Shown here: piece by piece, positions 35,886 through 44,845 of the stretch
Layout: every line of letters begins with the position of its first letter
Position numbering within the stretch: position 1 is the stretch's first letter
Assembly (NCBI GenBank): GCA_003518055.1
Contig: DOZJ01000005.1
Location: 1,319 to 65,318 of the forward strand
Origin: Candidatus Falkowbacteria bacterium
GTDB taxonomy: Bacteria; Patescibacteriota; Patescibacteriia; UBA11705
Direction of reading: 5' to 3'
Length of the DNA stretch: 64,000 nt
The notes under the pieces: generated by a model
The model's input: the letters and a program-made list of their open reading frames with translations, nothing else
The model's database searches: none
Told to the model about the DNA's origin: nothing
Program-made: the position numbers and the translations under genes

Positions 35886-35960
35886 TATACAGCGTTTAGG
35901 GTTTAGCGTTTAGGGTATAGTGATTTTTACTAAACGCTATACGCTATCCCCTCATCAAGA
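35886..35960. repeat. Direct and inverted repeat cluster (GCGTTTAGGGTTTAGCGTTTAGGGTAT ... TAAACGCTATACGCTAT) between the glycyl-radical small ORF and nrdG
   Basis: Read directly. Could form a hairpin in the nrdD-nrdG transcript. Confidence 0.6.
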
Positions 35961-36019
35961 CACAAATCCCCCGACCTTCAGCCGAGGGATATTTTTATGT
36001 CAATAAAATTATCTGTTTC

Positions 36020-36175
36020 TTAACTTTCCTTTCCCACAGACAACATCCGATCATATTCCTTGCGATCGCCGAACTCAGCCTGTTTCCCTTTGTTCCAGCG
36101 GTGAATCGGACTCAAATAGCCGACTACTCGGGAATAAATCTCGCATTTTTGTCGTTGAAGTTTTTCTGCGGGCAT
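36020..36175 (-). CDS. Stand-alone 51-aa ORF encoding the class III RNR glycyl-radical motif (MPAEKLQRQKCEIYSRVVGYLSPIHRWNKGKQAEFGDRKEYDRMLSVGKES)
   Basis: SRVVGYLSPIHRWNKGKQAEF closely matches the canonical NrdD C-terminal RV(C/V)GYLG...WN(A/K)GKQ(E/A)E glycyl-radical signature. ATG at 36175, TAA at 36020-36022. Lies between the nrdD stop (36293) and nrdG. Confidence 0.6.
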   Translation of the reverse strand: MPAEKLQRQKCEIYSRVVGYLSPIHRWNKGKQAEFGDRKEYDRMLSVGKES

Positions 36176-36292
36176 AACTTTTTGTTTTTATTTCCCCCGA
36201 CCGACAACCCATACTTGTTGAGCGGGATTATGATTAAGCACTATTATTTTATAACTTTTTTTTCCACTTGAAAACCACCTGATTTATCCACA

Positions 36293-38350
36293 CTAAACCG
36301 TCTTATTCAGAATTTCATCCGCGTGTTCAGCGTAGCCCATTTCCTCATCACATTTGGGACAATATTCATGTTCCCCTGACAAATAACCATGGAGCGGACA
36401 GACGCTGAACGTCGGTGTGATGGTAAAATACGGCAACCGAAAATTTTCCGCGATTTTGCGCACCAACCCTTTGGTACTCTCGGCTGATGGCATTTTTTCG
36501 CCCAAAAACCCATGAAGCACCGTTCCGCCTGTATATCTCGTCTGTAGGTCATCCTGCAGCTTCAAGGCTTCGAATATATCATCGGTGTACCCGACCGGCA
36601 GTTGTGATGAATTGGTATAATAAGGATCCGCGCCCGCTTCCTGAACCGCCTTTTCATTGGCCACGATAATATCCGGAAACTGCTTTTTATCGAGCCGCGC
36701 AAACCGATACGCCGTACCCTCGGCCGGAGTGGCCTCGAGGTTAAACAGTTGATTTGATTCATTCTGATAATCCATCAGACGCTCGCGCATAAAATCGAGA
36801 GTCTGTCTGGCAAACTTATGCCCCTCAACCGTTGTGATATCCTGTCCGAGCAAATTCAGCGCCGCTTCATTCATCCCATTTAAGCCAATGGTGTTGAAAT
36901 GATTTTTCCAGTATTCATTGAACCGCAATTTAATATTATCCAGATAATGTTTGGAATAAGGATAAAGCCCATTGTCTGTAAACTCTTCCAGCACTTTACG
37001 TTTAATGTCCAGACTTTGCCGCGCCAAATCCATTAAATCCGAAATTTTTTCAAAATATTCCTCTTTATCTTTGGCCAAAAACGCCGCTCGGGGCAGATTC
37101 AAAGTCACCACGCCGATTGAACCGGTTAATGGATTGGCCCCGAACAAACCGCCGCCGCGCTTCCTGAGTTCTCGATTATCAAGCCTGAGGCGGCAGCACA
37201 TACTGCGCGCGTCGTCAGGACTCATATCGCTGTTGATAAAATTGGAAAAATAAGGAATGCCGTATTTGGCCGTCATCTCCATGATTTTATCGATGATCAA
37301 ATTATCCCAGTCCCAATCAGCAGTCACATTATAGGTCGGAATCGGCCAGCTAAGCACGCGGCCGCTCTTGTCACCCTCAATCATGACTTCAATGAACGCT
37401 TGATTAAACATGTCCATTTCCTTTTGAAACTCGCCATATTTTTCCTTCATCGGCTGTCCGCCGATAATCACTGACTCGCCTGCCAAACTCTTGGGCACAA
37501 ATAAATCCATGGTAACGTTAGTGAACGGCGTTTGGAAACCGACTCGGGTCGGCACATTAATGTTATACAAAAACATCTGAATCTGCTGTTTCGTCTGTTC
37601 ATAATCCAACCCGTCATAGCGGATAAACGGCGCCGCCAGCGTATCAAAACTCGATACCGCCTGAGCCCCGGCCGCCTCACCTTGAAGCGTATAAAAGAAA
37701 TTAACCAGCTGACTGAGGGCCGTTGAAAAATGCTTTGGTGGTTTGCTCTGAACCTTGCCGCGAACCCCGCCAAATCCCCGCATCAGTAAATCCTTGAAAT
37801 CCCAGCCGCAGCAATAAGGCGCCAAGAGCTGCAAATCATGAATATGAAAGTCGCCGTTAACATGCGCCTCTTTGATATTTGGCGGATAAATCTTGTTGAG
37901 CCAATAATGAGAGCTGATGGTTGACGCCACATAATTATTCAATCCTTGCAGCGAATAATCCATGTTGGAATTTTCCTTGACTCGCCAATCGTTTAACTTC
38001 AAATAATCATCCATGAGCTGATCCGAATTAATCATGGCGTCAAGGTCTCTCATTTTCGCGTGCTGATCACGATAAATAATATACGCTTTAGCTGCTTTGA
38101 TATGATGATCTTCAATCAAAACGTTTTCAACCATATCTTGAATTTCCTCAACCGCCGGAATGGTGCGCTCATGAAATTTTTCATTCAAATTGTTCATCAC
38201 CTTCTCGGTCAAAAGGTCAGCCTCTTCCTGTCCACCCGATTTGGTGGCTTGAAGCGCCTTGAAAACCGCAGTTTGAATTTTCGCTTGATCAAAATCAACA
38301 ATCCGGCCGTCACGCTTGCGAATTTGGATAATCTTGTTGCCTGCGTACAT
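36293..38350 (-). CDS. nrdD: Anaerobic (class III) ribonucleoside-triphosphate reductase NrdD; ends after the Zn-ribbon without the canonical glycyl-radical tail
   Basis: N-terminal ATP-cone (KIIQIRKRDGRIVDFDQAKIQTAV), large NRDD core and C-terminal CPLH...CPKC Zn-ribbon. The protein ends ...CPKCDEEMGYAEHADEILNKTV. Confidence 0.9.
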   Translation of the reverse strand: MYAGNKIIQIRKRDGRIVDFDQAKIQTAVFKALQATKSGGQEEADLLTEKVMNNLNEKFHERTIPAVEEIQDMVENVLIEDHHIKAAKAYIIYRDQHAKMRDLDAMINSDQLMDDYLKLNDWRVKENSNMDYSLQGLNNYVASTISSHYWLNKIYPPNIKEAHVNGDFHIHDLQLLAPYCCGWDFKDLLMRGFGGVRGKVQSKPPKHFSTALSQLVNFFYTLQGEAAGAQAVSSFDTLAAPFIRYDGLDYEQTKQQIQMFLYNINVPTRVGFQTPFTNVTMDLFVPKSLAGESVIIGGQPMKEKYGEFQKEMDMFNQAFIEVMIEGDKSGRVLSWPIPTYNVTADWDWDNLIIDKIMEMTAKYGIPYFSNFINSDMSPDDARSMCCRLRLDNRELRKRGGGLFGANPLTGSIGVVTLNLPRAAFLAKDKEEYFEKISDLMDLARQSLDIKRKVLEEFTDNGLYPYSKHYLDNIKLRFNEYWKNHFNTIGLNGMNEAALNLLGQDITTVEGHKFARQTLDFMRERLMDYQNESNQLFNLEATPAEGTAYRFARLDKKQFPDIIVANEKAVQEAGADPYYTNSSQLPVGYTDDIFEALKLQDDLQTRYTGGTVLHGFLGEKMPSAESTKGLVRKIAENFRLPYFTITPTFSVCPLHGYLSGEHEYCPKCDEEMGYAEHADEILNKTV

Positions 38351-38488
38351 AATATATTTATATAAATTTAATTACTATTTTATCTTTTTACAAAAATTTC
38401 TCGACCCACCCGCAAAACTTCCGCCGTTACAGTTACTAAGTCATACTTTTGTAAAAGCTTTGCCCTTTTTATTAAACGTTTGTAAAAC

Positions 38489-38959
38489 TTATTTCTTCTT
38501 CGTCAATTTTTTTATCTCCGCTTCAAATTCCTCAGCATCGGCAAATGATTTGTAAACCGACGCGAACCGGATATACGCCACCTTATCAACCTGCTTTAAA
38601 TTATCCATCACAATCTCGCCGATTTCTTGGCTCGAAATAATCGAGCCTTCTTTTTTATTTTTGATAAAGACTTGAATATCCCTTTCAATATTATTCACCA
38701 GTCTTTTAACCTTATCGACATCAACATCTCTTTTCTCAAGCGCCCGCTTTAGTCCCTTCTCCATTTTTTCCCGCGCGTAGGCCTCGCGGCTCCCATCGCG
38801 TTTAATCACCGTGACATCAAGCAATTCCACTTCTTCATAAGTGGAAAATCGAAAGTTACACTTGCTGCACTCCCGCCGCCGCCGAATCGCCAAACCATCA
38901 GCCGCCACGCGAGAATCAAGCACCTTGGTGTCTTCGTTGTAACAGACCGGACACTTCAT
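38489..38959 (-). CDS. nrdR: Transcriptional repressor NrdR
   Basis: MKCPVCYNEDTKVLDSR...RRRECSKC Zn-ribbon plus ATP-cone. Confidence 0.9.
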   Translation of the reverse strand: MKCPVCYNEDTKVLDSRVAADGLAIRRRRECSKCNFRFSTYEEVELLDVTVIKRDGSREAYAREKMEKGLKRALEKRDVDVDKVKRLVNNIERDIQVFIKNKKEGSIISSQEIGEIVMDNLKQVDKVAYIRFASVYKSFADAEEFEAEIKKLTKKK

Positions 38960-39055
38960 AATAAGAGCTTTTTATTCAGAAAAAAATTAACCACCTAACA
39001 GGTTAGCGTTGAAACGGACATTTCCCCACAACCACATATGGTAGTTACTAGGTTA

Positions 39056-39084
39056 ATTATACCACCATATCTTGCGACCGCCAA
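39056..39084 (-). promoter_or_regulatory. Sigma70-like promoter (TTGGCG - 17 nt - TATAAT in minus sense) upstream of nrdR
   Basis: Revcomp of 39056-39084 reads TTGGCGgtcgcaagatatggtggTATAAT, about 95 nt upstream of the nrdR ATG. Confidence 0.45.
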
Positions 39085-39189
39085 ACATTATCACCGCAAC
39101 CGGATATTCACCTGAAACTAAAAAAAAATGAGGCGTCGGGAAATATTCCGGCCGCCTTTCAGCCCACTTATCCACACACCAAAATCCAT

Positions 39190-39345
39190 TTCTTTGCTGC
39201 GAGGAGTATGCAATAACGACGCGGCAGCCTCCAACCGGTTTCAAGATTTAGCTCAACGCAGTAACGCCGCCCGCCCGCCTTTGGCGGGTGGCAGCCTCCA
39301 CCCGATTTCAAGATTTACCCCAACCCTCAACCATCCGTCAGCCAA
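39190..39345. repeat. Copy B of the roughly 150-bp structured intergenic repeat (see 23631..23810)
   Basis: TTGCTGCGAGGAGTATGCAATAACGACGCGGCAGCCTCCAACCGGTTTCAAGATTTAGCTCAACGC... is near-identical to copy A. Immediately 3' of the HAD hydrolase gene stop. Confidence 0.75.
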
Positions 39346-39376
39346 AAAAAAACAAGAGGCTTATTAACCTCTTTAT

Positions 39377-40264
39377 TCAACCAAGTAGTGTTTTGTTTCT
39401 GGTTCTGCCATTGCTCATATCAAAAATCATTTCCACCTTGAACTTTTGGACCAAACCGGGCTCAGACAGCTGACGCTCGCCATCGATCAACGGCACATTT
39501 TCCGCCACGATACGATAAGCCCGATGAGTATCTCCGGGGAAACAACTCATCCATTCGAGAATTACATCTTTGCGCTCAACCACAAACCAAGTTTTAGCCG
39601 CAACTTCATATGGCTGATTCAACACCGAATCCATCAATTCACTTGAAGGATTGACACAAATTGCTCGTCCAACTTCCGGCATAAACAACATTGGCATGTC
39701 GCTGAGAGTATCGCCGCAAGCCCAAATATTCCTTCTCGGTATATTAGGAAACCGGCTCAACAAGCGGTGAATCACCTTTACTTTTTCTTCACGATCTAGA
39801 ACTAAACGTTCACCCGTATACACTCCATTTTGCTGATACATTTCAGTCCCGTAGGCCTCATGAATATTCCATGACTTGGCAAAAGCCTTGACCGCGTTGT
39901 CAGGTGAAGCGCTGATACAACACACCAGCCAACCCTCATCAAGCTTCTGCTGCACCAAAGCTCTTGGAAACCGATAAACATTATTCCGCGTTCGCTTCAG
40001 CACACCAGCCACAATAACATCAAAAGCCCCTACCGGCACACCGGCCAAATTGGCTTCAAATATTTCCACCGCCTTCATCAAATACGAATCAAATCCGCCA
40101 TCCCGAGCTTCCCATTTTTCTCTATGCACCTCTATTTCTTTAGACGCTGCCTGCGACAGCAAACCAACCCGGGCCATTTCATGTACGAGGTCCAAAAATA
40201 CAGAATTGCGTTTCCATGTGCCATCAAGATCTGTCAATAGAATCCCTGAATAGTCTTGCTCCAT
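39377..40264 (-). CDS. HAD-superfamily hydrolase (DxDGT motif)
   Basis: LLTDLDGTW (motif I) and GDTLSDMPM (motif IV-like). Confidence 0.65.
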   Translation of the reverse strand: MEQDYSGILLTDLDGTWKRNSVFLDLVHEMARVGLLSQAASKEIEVHREKWEARDGGFDSYLMKAVEIFEANLAGVPVGAFDVIVAGVLKRTRNNVYRFPRALVQQKLDEGWLVCCISASPDNAVKAFAKSWNIHEAYGTEMYQQNGVYTGERLVLDREEKVKVIHRLLSRFPNIPRRNIWACGDTLSDMPMLFMPEVGRAICVNPSSELMDSVLNQPYEVAAKTWFVVERKDVILEWMSCFPGDTHRAYRIVAENVPLIDGERQLSEPGLVQKFKVEMIFDMSNGRTRNKTLLG

Positions 40265-40360
40265 GTCCGCCTCCTCCGGGGGTAAACATCTTGCTTAGAT
40301 TATCATCAAATTATCACCCAGTCAAGACAAAAAAAACAGAGTCTTTAACCCTGTTTCAAA

Positions 40361-40846
40361 TTACTCCTTGGACGGTTCGATCTGCGGGTTTGACCAATCC
40401 TCAAACGGCACAATTCTCCCGCCGCGAATAGCGTAATACATTGTTCTCATTGCTTCCGTGTCCAATTTGGCTTTTTTCTCGACAATTACTCCTGAAATCA
40501 TCAAAACGTAACGATCTGAGTCTCTCAAATCAACATCCAATTCCGCCTGCATCATCAAAGATCCATCAGCACTTAGCTGTCGATAAATTCCCAGCCTCCG
40601 CTCATATCTGGCTGTAAACTCACACCTGAAAGACAACCCGGCACAATGCGCCTGGAGCCACAAGGGGATGTTCACATCAAAATCAGTCAATGGCACATGA
40701 AATCCATCTCCGGCCTCACTCTTCAGAATCCTAAAACCATCAACTCTAATATCCCGTCTATTCCTCAACCGCTCTTTATCTTCCGGAACAATTTTTTCAC
40801 TCTCAACAATAGATGGGTGCAGCAGCAACCATAGACTCATGTCCAC
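40361..40846 (-). CDS. Hypothetical protein (161 aa)
   Basis: Complete ORF with no recognisable motif. Confidence 0.45.
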   Translation of the reverse strand: MDMSLWLLLHPSIVESEKIVPEDKERLRNRRDIRVDGFRILKSEAGDGFHVPLTDFDVNIPLWLQAHCAGLSFRCEFTARYERRLGIYRQLSADGSLMMQAELDVDLRDSDRYVLMISGVIVEKKAKLDTEAMRTMYYAIRGGRIVPFEDWSNPQIEPSKE

Positions 40847-40946
40847 CTCCTCGTCTCTCGGTTCTGATTCTGCTTCCGCCAGAGTTTATTTAACCCTGAT
40901 CAGAGCTCAGATACCGGAGAAATGGTGATCTACACATTAAAGAACT

Positions 40947-41537
40947 TTAATGACGCAGCGATCCAACCACAAATCGCACTCGGTCCGCGACTGACACAGG
41001 CGGCACTTCAATCAACCGATATCCAAGTGATTCATAAACCGCTACGATATAATCATAAACTCTGACCGCGTCTTCAAATGTCTCTTGCCTCACCTCATCA
41101 TTATTAAAAATATCTCGCCAAGGCGGCAGGCAAAAAACTTCAGCCGCGTATCGATAATCAGCGCAGGCCTGCAAACAACTTTCATCCGGAGATAAACCGT
41201 CTTTTAGATAGTAAGCAATTTCATCCGGCAAACCGCGATCCATGAAGCACATTTGATCCTTCGGCGCCGCCAAAAAATCATCTACTCTTCTTCTGACAAT
41301 AATCCGCTGAAATGCCAGCCGGTTTTTCCACGGCAAATCTGCGCTGTCATCTCGAATCATCGCTTCGATTATCTGTCTTGTCCCTTCTTCCACCACCGAT
41401 ATACCAAGCTGGCTCAGACCACGAATCAACGTGGTCTTCCCTGCCCCTGAACAACCGGTAACAAGATACAATTTCGATTTTGTGATCTTCAAACCGAACC
41501 TCCCTCTTGGGATTAAACCTCTAATAATATTTATCAA
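40947..41537 (-). CDS. P-loop NTPase, small kinase-like (Walker A GCSGAGKTT)
   Basis: LYLVTGCSGAGKTTLIRGL Walker A near the N-terminus. About 190 aa, like small nucleotide or polynucleotide kinases and AAA_28/33 families. Confidence 0.6.
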   Translation of the reverse strand: MINIIRGLIPRGRFGLKITKSKLYLVTGCSGAGKTTLIRGLSQLGISVVEEGTRQIIEAMIRDDSADLPWKNRLAFQRIIVRRRVDDFLAAPKDQMCFMDRGLPDEIAYYLKDGLSPDESCLQACADYRYAAEVFCLPPWRDIFNNDEVRQETFEDAVRVYDYIVAVYESLGYRLIEVPPVSVADRVRFVVGSLRH

Positions 41538-41669
41538 ATACTGCTGCTTTTGTCAATGTTACAAAAAACCAGCGGCTCAAACCGCTGATCTTTAACTTTA
41601 TTTGCCACACATTAGTGGTTATGGTTATAACCAACCCACCCGTCACACTTCTGTAGTTCTGGTTATACC

Positions 41670-42914
41670 CTACATCATTTTCTTTCTAATAAACGCGGGA
41701 ATATCTAATTCATCATCATTGGCGGTGTCATCAACCACCCTTCGTGGAGTTTCAACCCGCGCATCTTCCTGTGCTTGATGGTAAGCGGCTGCCGAATTCA
41801 TCGGCTTGGTCATAAAATTACTCACTGTCCGGCTGGCCGCATCCGGTTCTACTACCGCTTCTTTTTCTTCTTTTACTGGCACCGACTTGGCCTGAAAATA
41901 ATTTATCGGCTCATGCTTTACCTTCAAAATATTTTCCTTAGCCACTTTCTCGTCAAACCCGGTTGCCACCACCGTAATTTTTATTTCATCCTTTAATTTT
42001 TCATTATGAACCGCGCCAAAAATAATCTTGGCGTCCGCGTCAACCGATTCGGTAATCACCTTGGCCGCTTCACTGACTTCATACATGGTCAGACTTTCAC
42101 CGCCGGCGATGGTAAAGAGAATTCCCTTTGCACCCTCGACTGAAATCTCGAGCAGCGGACTCGACACGGCTGCCTTGGCCGCCTCAATCGCCCGATTATC
42201 ACCGCTCGCAATCCCCATACCCATGAGGGCCGAGCCGCTCGAACGCATAATTGCCCGGACATCGGCAAAGTCCACATTGATCAAGCCCGGCAAAGTAATT
42301 AATTCAGAAATTCCCTGAACCCCTTGACGCAAAACTTCATCAACCACTTTAAACGCGTCAATCAGCGGCGTTTTCTTATCAATCAGCTGCCAAATTCGAT
42401 CATTCGGAATAGTAATTAAAGTATCAACTTTTTGACTCAAATTCTCCAGACTTTCCTCCGCGATTCTGCGTCTTGGACCACCCTCAAACGAAAACGGCTT
42501 AGTCACAACCGCGATCGTAAGAATGCCCATTTCCTTGGCTATCTCCGCCACCACCGGTGACGCGCCCGAACCGGTTCCCCCACCAAGCCCGCAGGTAATA
42601 AATAATAAATCTGTTCCTTTTAACAATTCTCGAATTTCATTCTGAGATTCCTCCGCCGACTTGCGTCCGAGAGCCGGATCCATGCCGGCGCCGAGACCTC
42701 TAGTAGTGGTTCGTCCAATATGGACTTTATGACTGGCCGGATTATGCTGCAACGCCTGCAAATCCGTATTAATGGCAACAAACTCCACCCCTTTAACATC
42801 CGCTTCAATCATTCTAGTTACAGCTGACCCACCGCCGCCGCCGACTCCGACAACTTTAATTTTGGCAACAGTTTCAATTTCTGGTTTAATTTCTGGCATA
42901 AGACAATAAATCAA
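41670..42914 (-). CDS. ftsZ: Cell division GTPase FtsZ
   Basis: VVGVGGGGGSAV and GLGGGTGSGASPVVAEIAKE tubulin signature. AGGAGG 9 nt upstream of the TTG at 42914; an in-frame ATG lies at 42899. Confidence 0.95.
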   Translation of the reverse strand: MIYCLMPEIKPEIETVAKIKVVGVGGGGGSAVTRMIEADVKGVEFVAINTDLQALQHNPASHKVHIGRTTTRGLGAGMDPALGRKSAEESQNEIRELLKGTDLLFITCGLGGGTGSGASPVVAEIAKEMGILTIAVVTKPFSFEGGPRRRIAEESLENLSQKVDTLITIPNDRIWQLIDKKTPLIDAFKVVDEVLRQGVQGISELITLPGLINVDFADVRAIMRSSGSALMGMGIASGDNRAIEAAKAAVSSPLLEISVEGAKGILFTIAGGESLTMYEVSEAAKVITESVDADAKIIFGAVHNEKLKDEIKITVVATGFDEKVAKENILKVKHEPINYFQAKSVPVKEEKEAVVEPDAASRTVSNFMTKPMNSAAAYHQAQEDARVETPRRVVDDTANDDELDIPAFIRKKMM

Positions 42915-43130
42915 TAATTAAACCTCCTGTTCCCCCCTGTTTAATTATATTAAACACACTTTAATTTTATTATTTTCATATCAATAATATCTATCTTCCG
43001 AAATCACGTTTACATCCGTCTCCGAATCTTTTGCTACCACGCGTTCATCAATTCCGTCGTTCCCAGCCAAACTTTTGTAAAACCCAACCAACCCGCCAAG
43101 CGTCTGTAGTTATAGTTATTTCCGTTATAG

Positions 43131-44408
43131 TTACGACAGCAGCGACTTAAACCACTTTTTCGCGCCCTCAACCACATCTTTGGCTGATTGTAATTTACCG
43201 CCGAGGTTAAATTTGCTTCGACCCTTCTGATCAAGCATCTGGTAGCCCCAAAGCACCAATCCGAGAGAATTAACAAACACGACATCATTAACTTTATCAA
43301 TCGCGGTATTGAAATTTTGCACCACACCTACAGCCGCCGGTAGCATGGTTTTTTTCTTGGCGATTTCCAAAATTCCCGCCAATTTAGCGCCTCCGCCAAT
43401 CAACACGATTCCGGCCGGCAGCAAACCACTGCGATTGATTTTTTGCAATTCAACGTCAACTTTTTCAAAAATTTCTTCCACTCTGGCGTTGATGATTTCC
43501 GTTATATACTGTTTGGAAAAAACTTGATCATCACCGCCCAAATCGCGCAAATTAATCTCTTCGCCTTTATCAATCTTATCATATGTTGCTCGGCCGTATT
43601 CCAACTTGACTCGCTCTGCCACCTCCACCGCCGATTGAAGGCCAATGGCCAAATCAGCTGTTATATGGTCGGCTCCGATCGGCAAAATCGCCGTATGAAT
43701 CACATCACCCTCTTCAAACACCAAAATATTGGTCGTTGAAGCCCCGATATCAACCAGCGCCACCCCGAGCTCCTTCTGTCGGACATTCAAAACCACCTCA
43801 GACGCCGCCAGTGAGGATAAAACAATATCATTAATATCCAAACCGGTGCGGTAAACGCATTTGGTCAAATTTTTAATATGAGAACTTAATCCCCGGACAA
43901 CTTGAGTCGTCACTTCCAGCCTAAGTCCTGTCATGCCGACCGGATCCTTTACACCGCTTTGATTATCAACCGTGAATGTTTTTGGAATCACATGGAGTAC
44001 ATCATAATTAACCGGCGCCGCAACTGATTTGGCCGCGTCAATTACCCGTTCGATATCTTCCTCCTGAATCTCTCCGCTGGTTCGCGGAATGGCAATCACA
44101 CCGTTGCTTTCTTGTGAATTGATATGCACGCCGCCAATGCTGATCCAAACATTCTCAATGGGAAGACCCACCATTCTTTCCGCTTTTTCAAGCGCCGTTG
44201 AAATACTGGAAACCGTATCTTCAATACTGACCACCGATCCCTTGCTCACTCCCTGAGACGGGACCTCAACCACTCCAATAATATTCAGCTGCTGAGTCTC
44301 CTGATTTCGGGAAAATTGTCCGATCACGATCCTGATTTGGGACGATCCGATGTCCAAACCGGCAATCAATTCTTCTGGCATAGATTTAGAAACTAGTTTC
44401 ATATTCAA
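43131..44408 (-). CDS. ftsA: Cell division protein FtsA (actin-like ATPase)
   Basis: 425 aa. GLDIGSSQIRIVIG N-terminal motif, ftsA-ftsZ gene order, SHS2/actin fold pattern. Confidence 0.9.
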   Translation of the reverse strand: MNMKLVSKSMPEELIAGLDIGSSQIRIVIGQFSRNQETQQLNIIGVVEVPSQGVSKGSVVSIEDTVSSISTALEKAERMVGLPIENVWISIGGVHINSQESNGVIAIPRTSGEIQEEDIERVIDAAKSVAAPVNYDVLHVIPKTFTVDNQSGVKDPVGMTGLRLEVTTQVVRGLSSHIKNLTKCVYRTGLDINDIVLSSLAASEVVLNVRQKELGVALVDIGASTTNILVFEEGDVIHTAILPIGADHITADLAIGLQSAVEVAERVKLEYGRATYDKIDKGEEINLRDLGGDDQVFSKQYITEIINARVEEIFEKVDVELQKINRSGLLPAGIVLIGGGAKLAGILEIAKKKTMLPAAVGVVQNFNTAIDKVNDVVFVNSLGLVLWGYQMLDQKGRSKFNLGGKLQSAKDVVEGAKKWFKSLLS

Positions 44409-44484
44409 TTATATAGAAGTTCAAAGTTTTTATAAACAATTTTGAACACAAAATTAACTCAGTTTAAATTTTTATCAAAATTCA

Positions 44485-44841
44485 TTATAAAAACCTTGAC
44501 CCGAAAATAAACAACCCAATGATTATCGCTGAAATAACCGTTATCAGCACCACCGAAGACATGATATTTTTTATATCATGAACATACAGATGGACTCTAG
44601 GCTGCAACATATCCACAAGCCGTTCAAAAACTGTATTCAGCATTTCCAAAACCAGAACAAATAATATGAGCAAAATTATCACCACCCACTCCCACGGTTT
44701 GAGCTGAAAATACACCCCGGCCAGAATCACTATAAGCGCAGCTAGAACCTGAATCCGAAAATTTTGTTCCATGACAAAAACCGTTTTTAACCCTTTTAGC
44801 GCAAACCGAAAACTTCGTTGTAAGCGATTCAATTTCACCAT
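44485..44841 (-). CDS. dgkA: Diacylglycerol kinase / undecaprenol kinase family (DgkA)
   Basis: 118 aa with three TM helices. E..N...E...D pattern (VLEMLNTVFERLVD...HDIKNIMSSVV) typical of prokaryotic DgkA. Located after ybeY. Confidence 0.7.
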   Translation of the reverse strand: MVKLNRLQRSFRFALKGLKTVFVMEQNFRIQVLAALIVILAGVYFQLKPWEWVVIILLILFVLVLEMLNTVFERLVDMLQPRVHLYVHDIKNIMSSVVLITVISAIIIGLFIFGSRFL

Positions 44842-44845
44842 ATTA

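Noticed and set aside
36175-36293. Group I/II intron or intein interrupting nrdD
   Set aside because: - The gap (about 120 nt, and under about 200 nt even including flanking non-homologous codons) is too short for a typical self-splicing intron and far too short for an intein.
- I kept it only as a stated alternative under the split-nrdD finding.
38351-38420. ATATATTTATATAAAT stretch as an NrdR box
   Set aside because: - It is AT-rich and palindromic but lacks the conserved C/G flanks (acaC…Gtgt) of NrdR boxes.
- It is reported only as uncertain in the findings.
43034-43327. 97-aa minus-strand ORF overlapping the ftsA 3' end and the ftsA-ftsZ intergenic repeat region
   Set aside because: It overlaps the well-supported ftsA frame and the motif-rich intergenic region, and it has no RBS.
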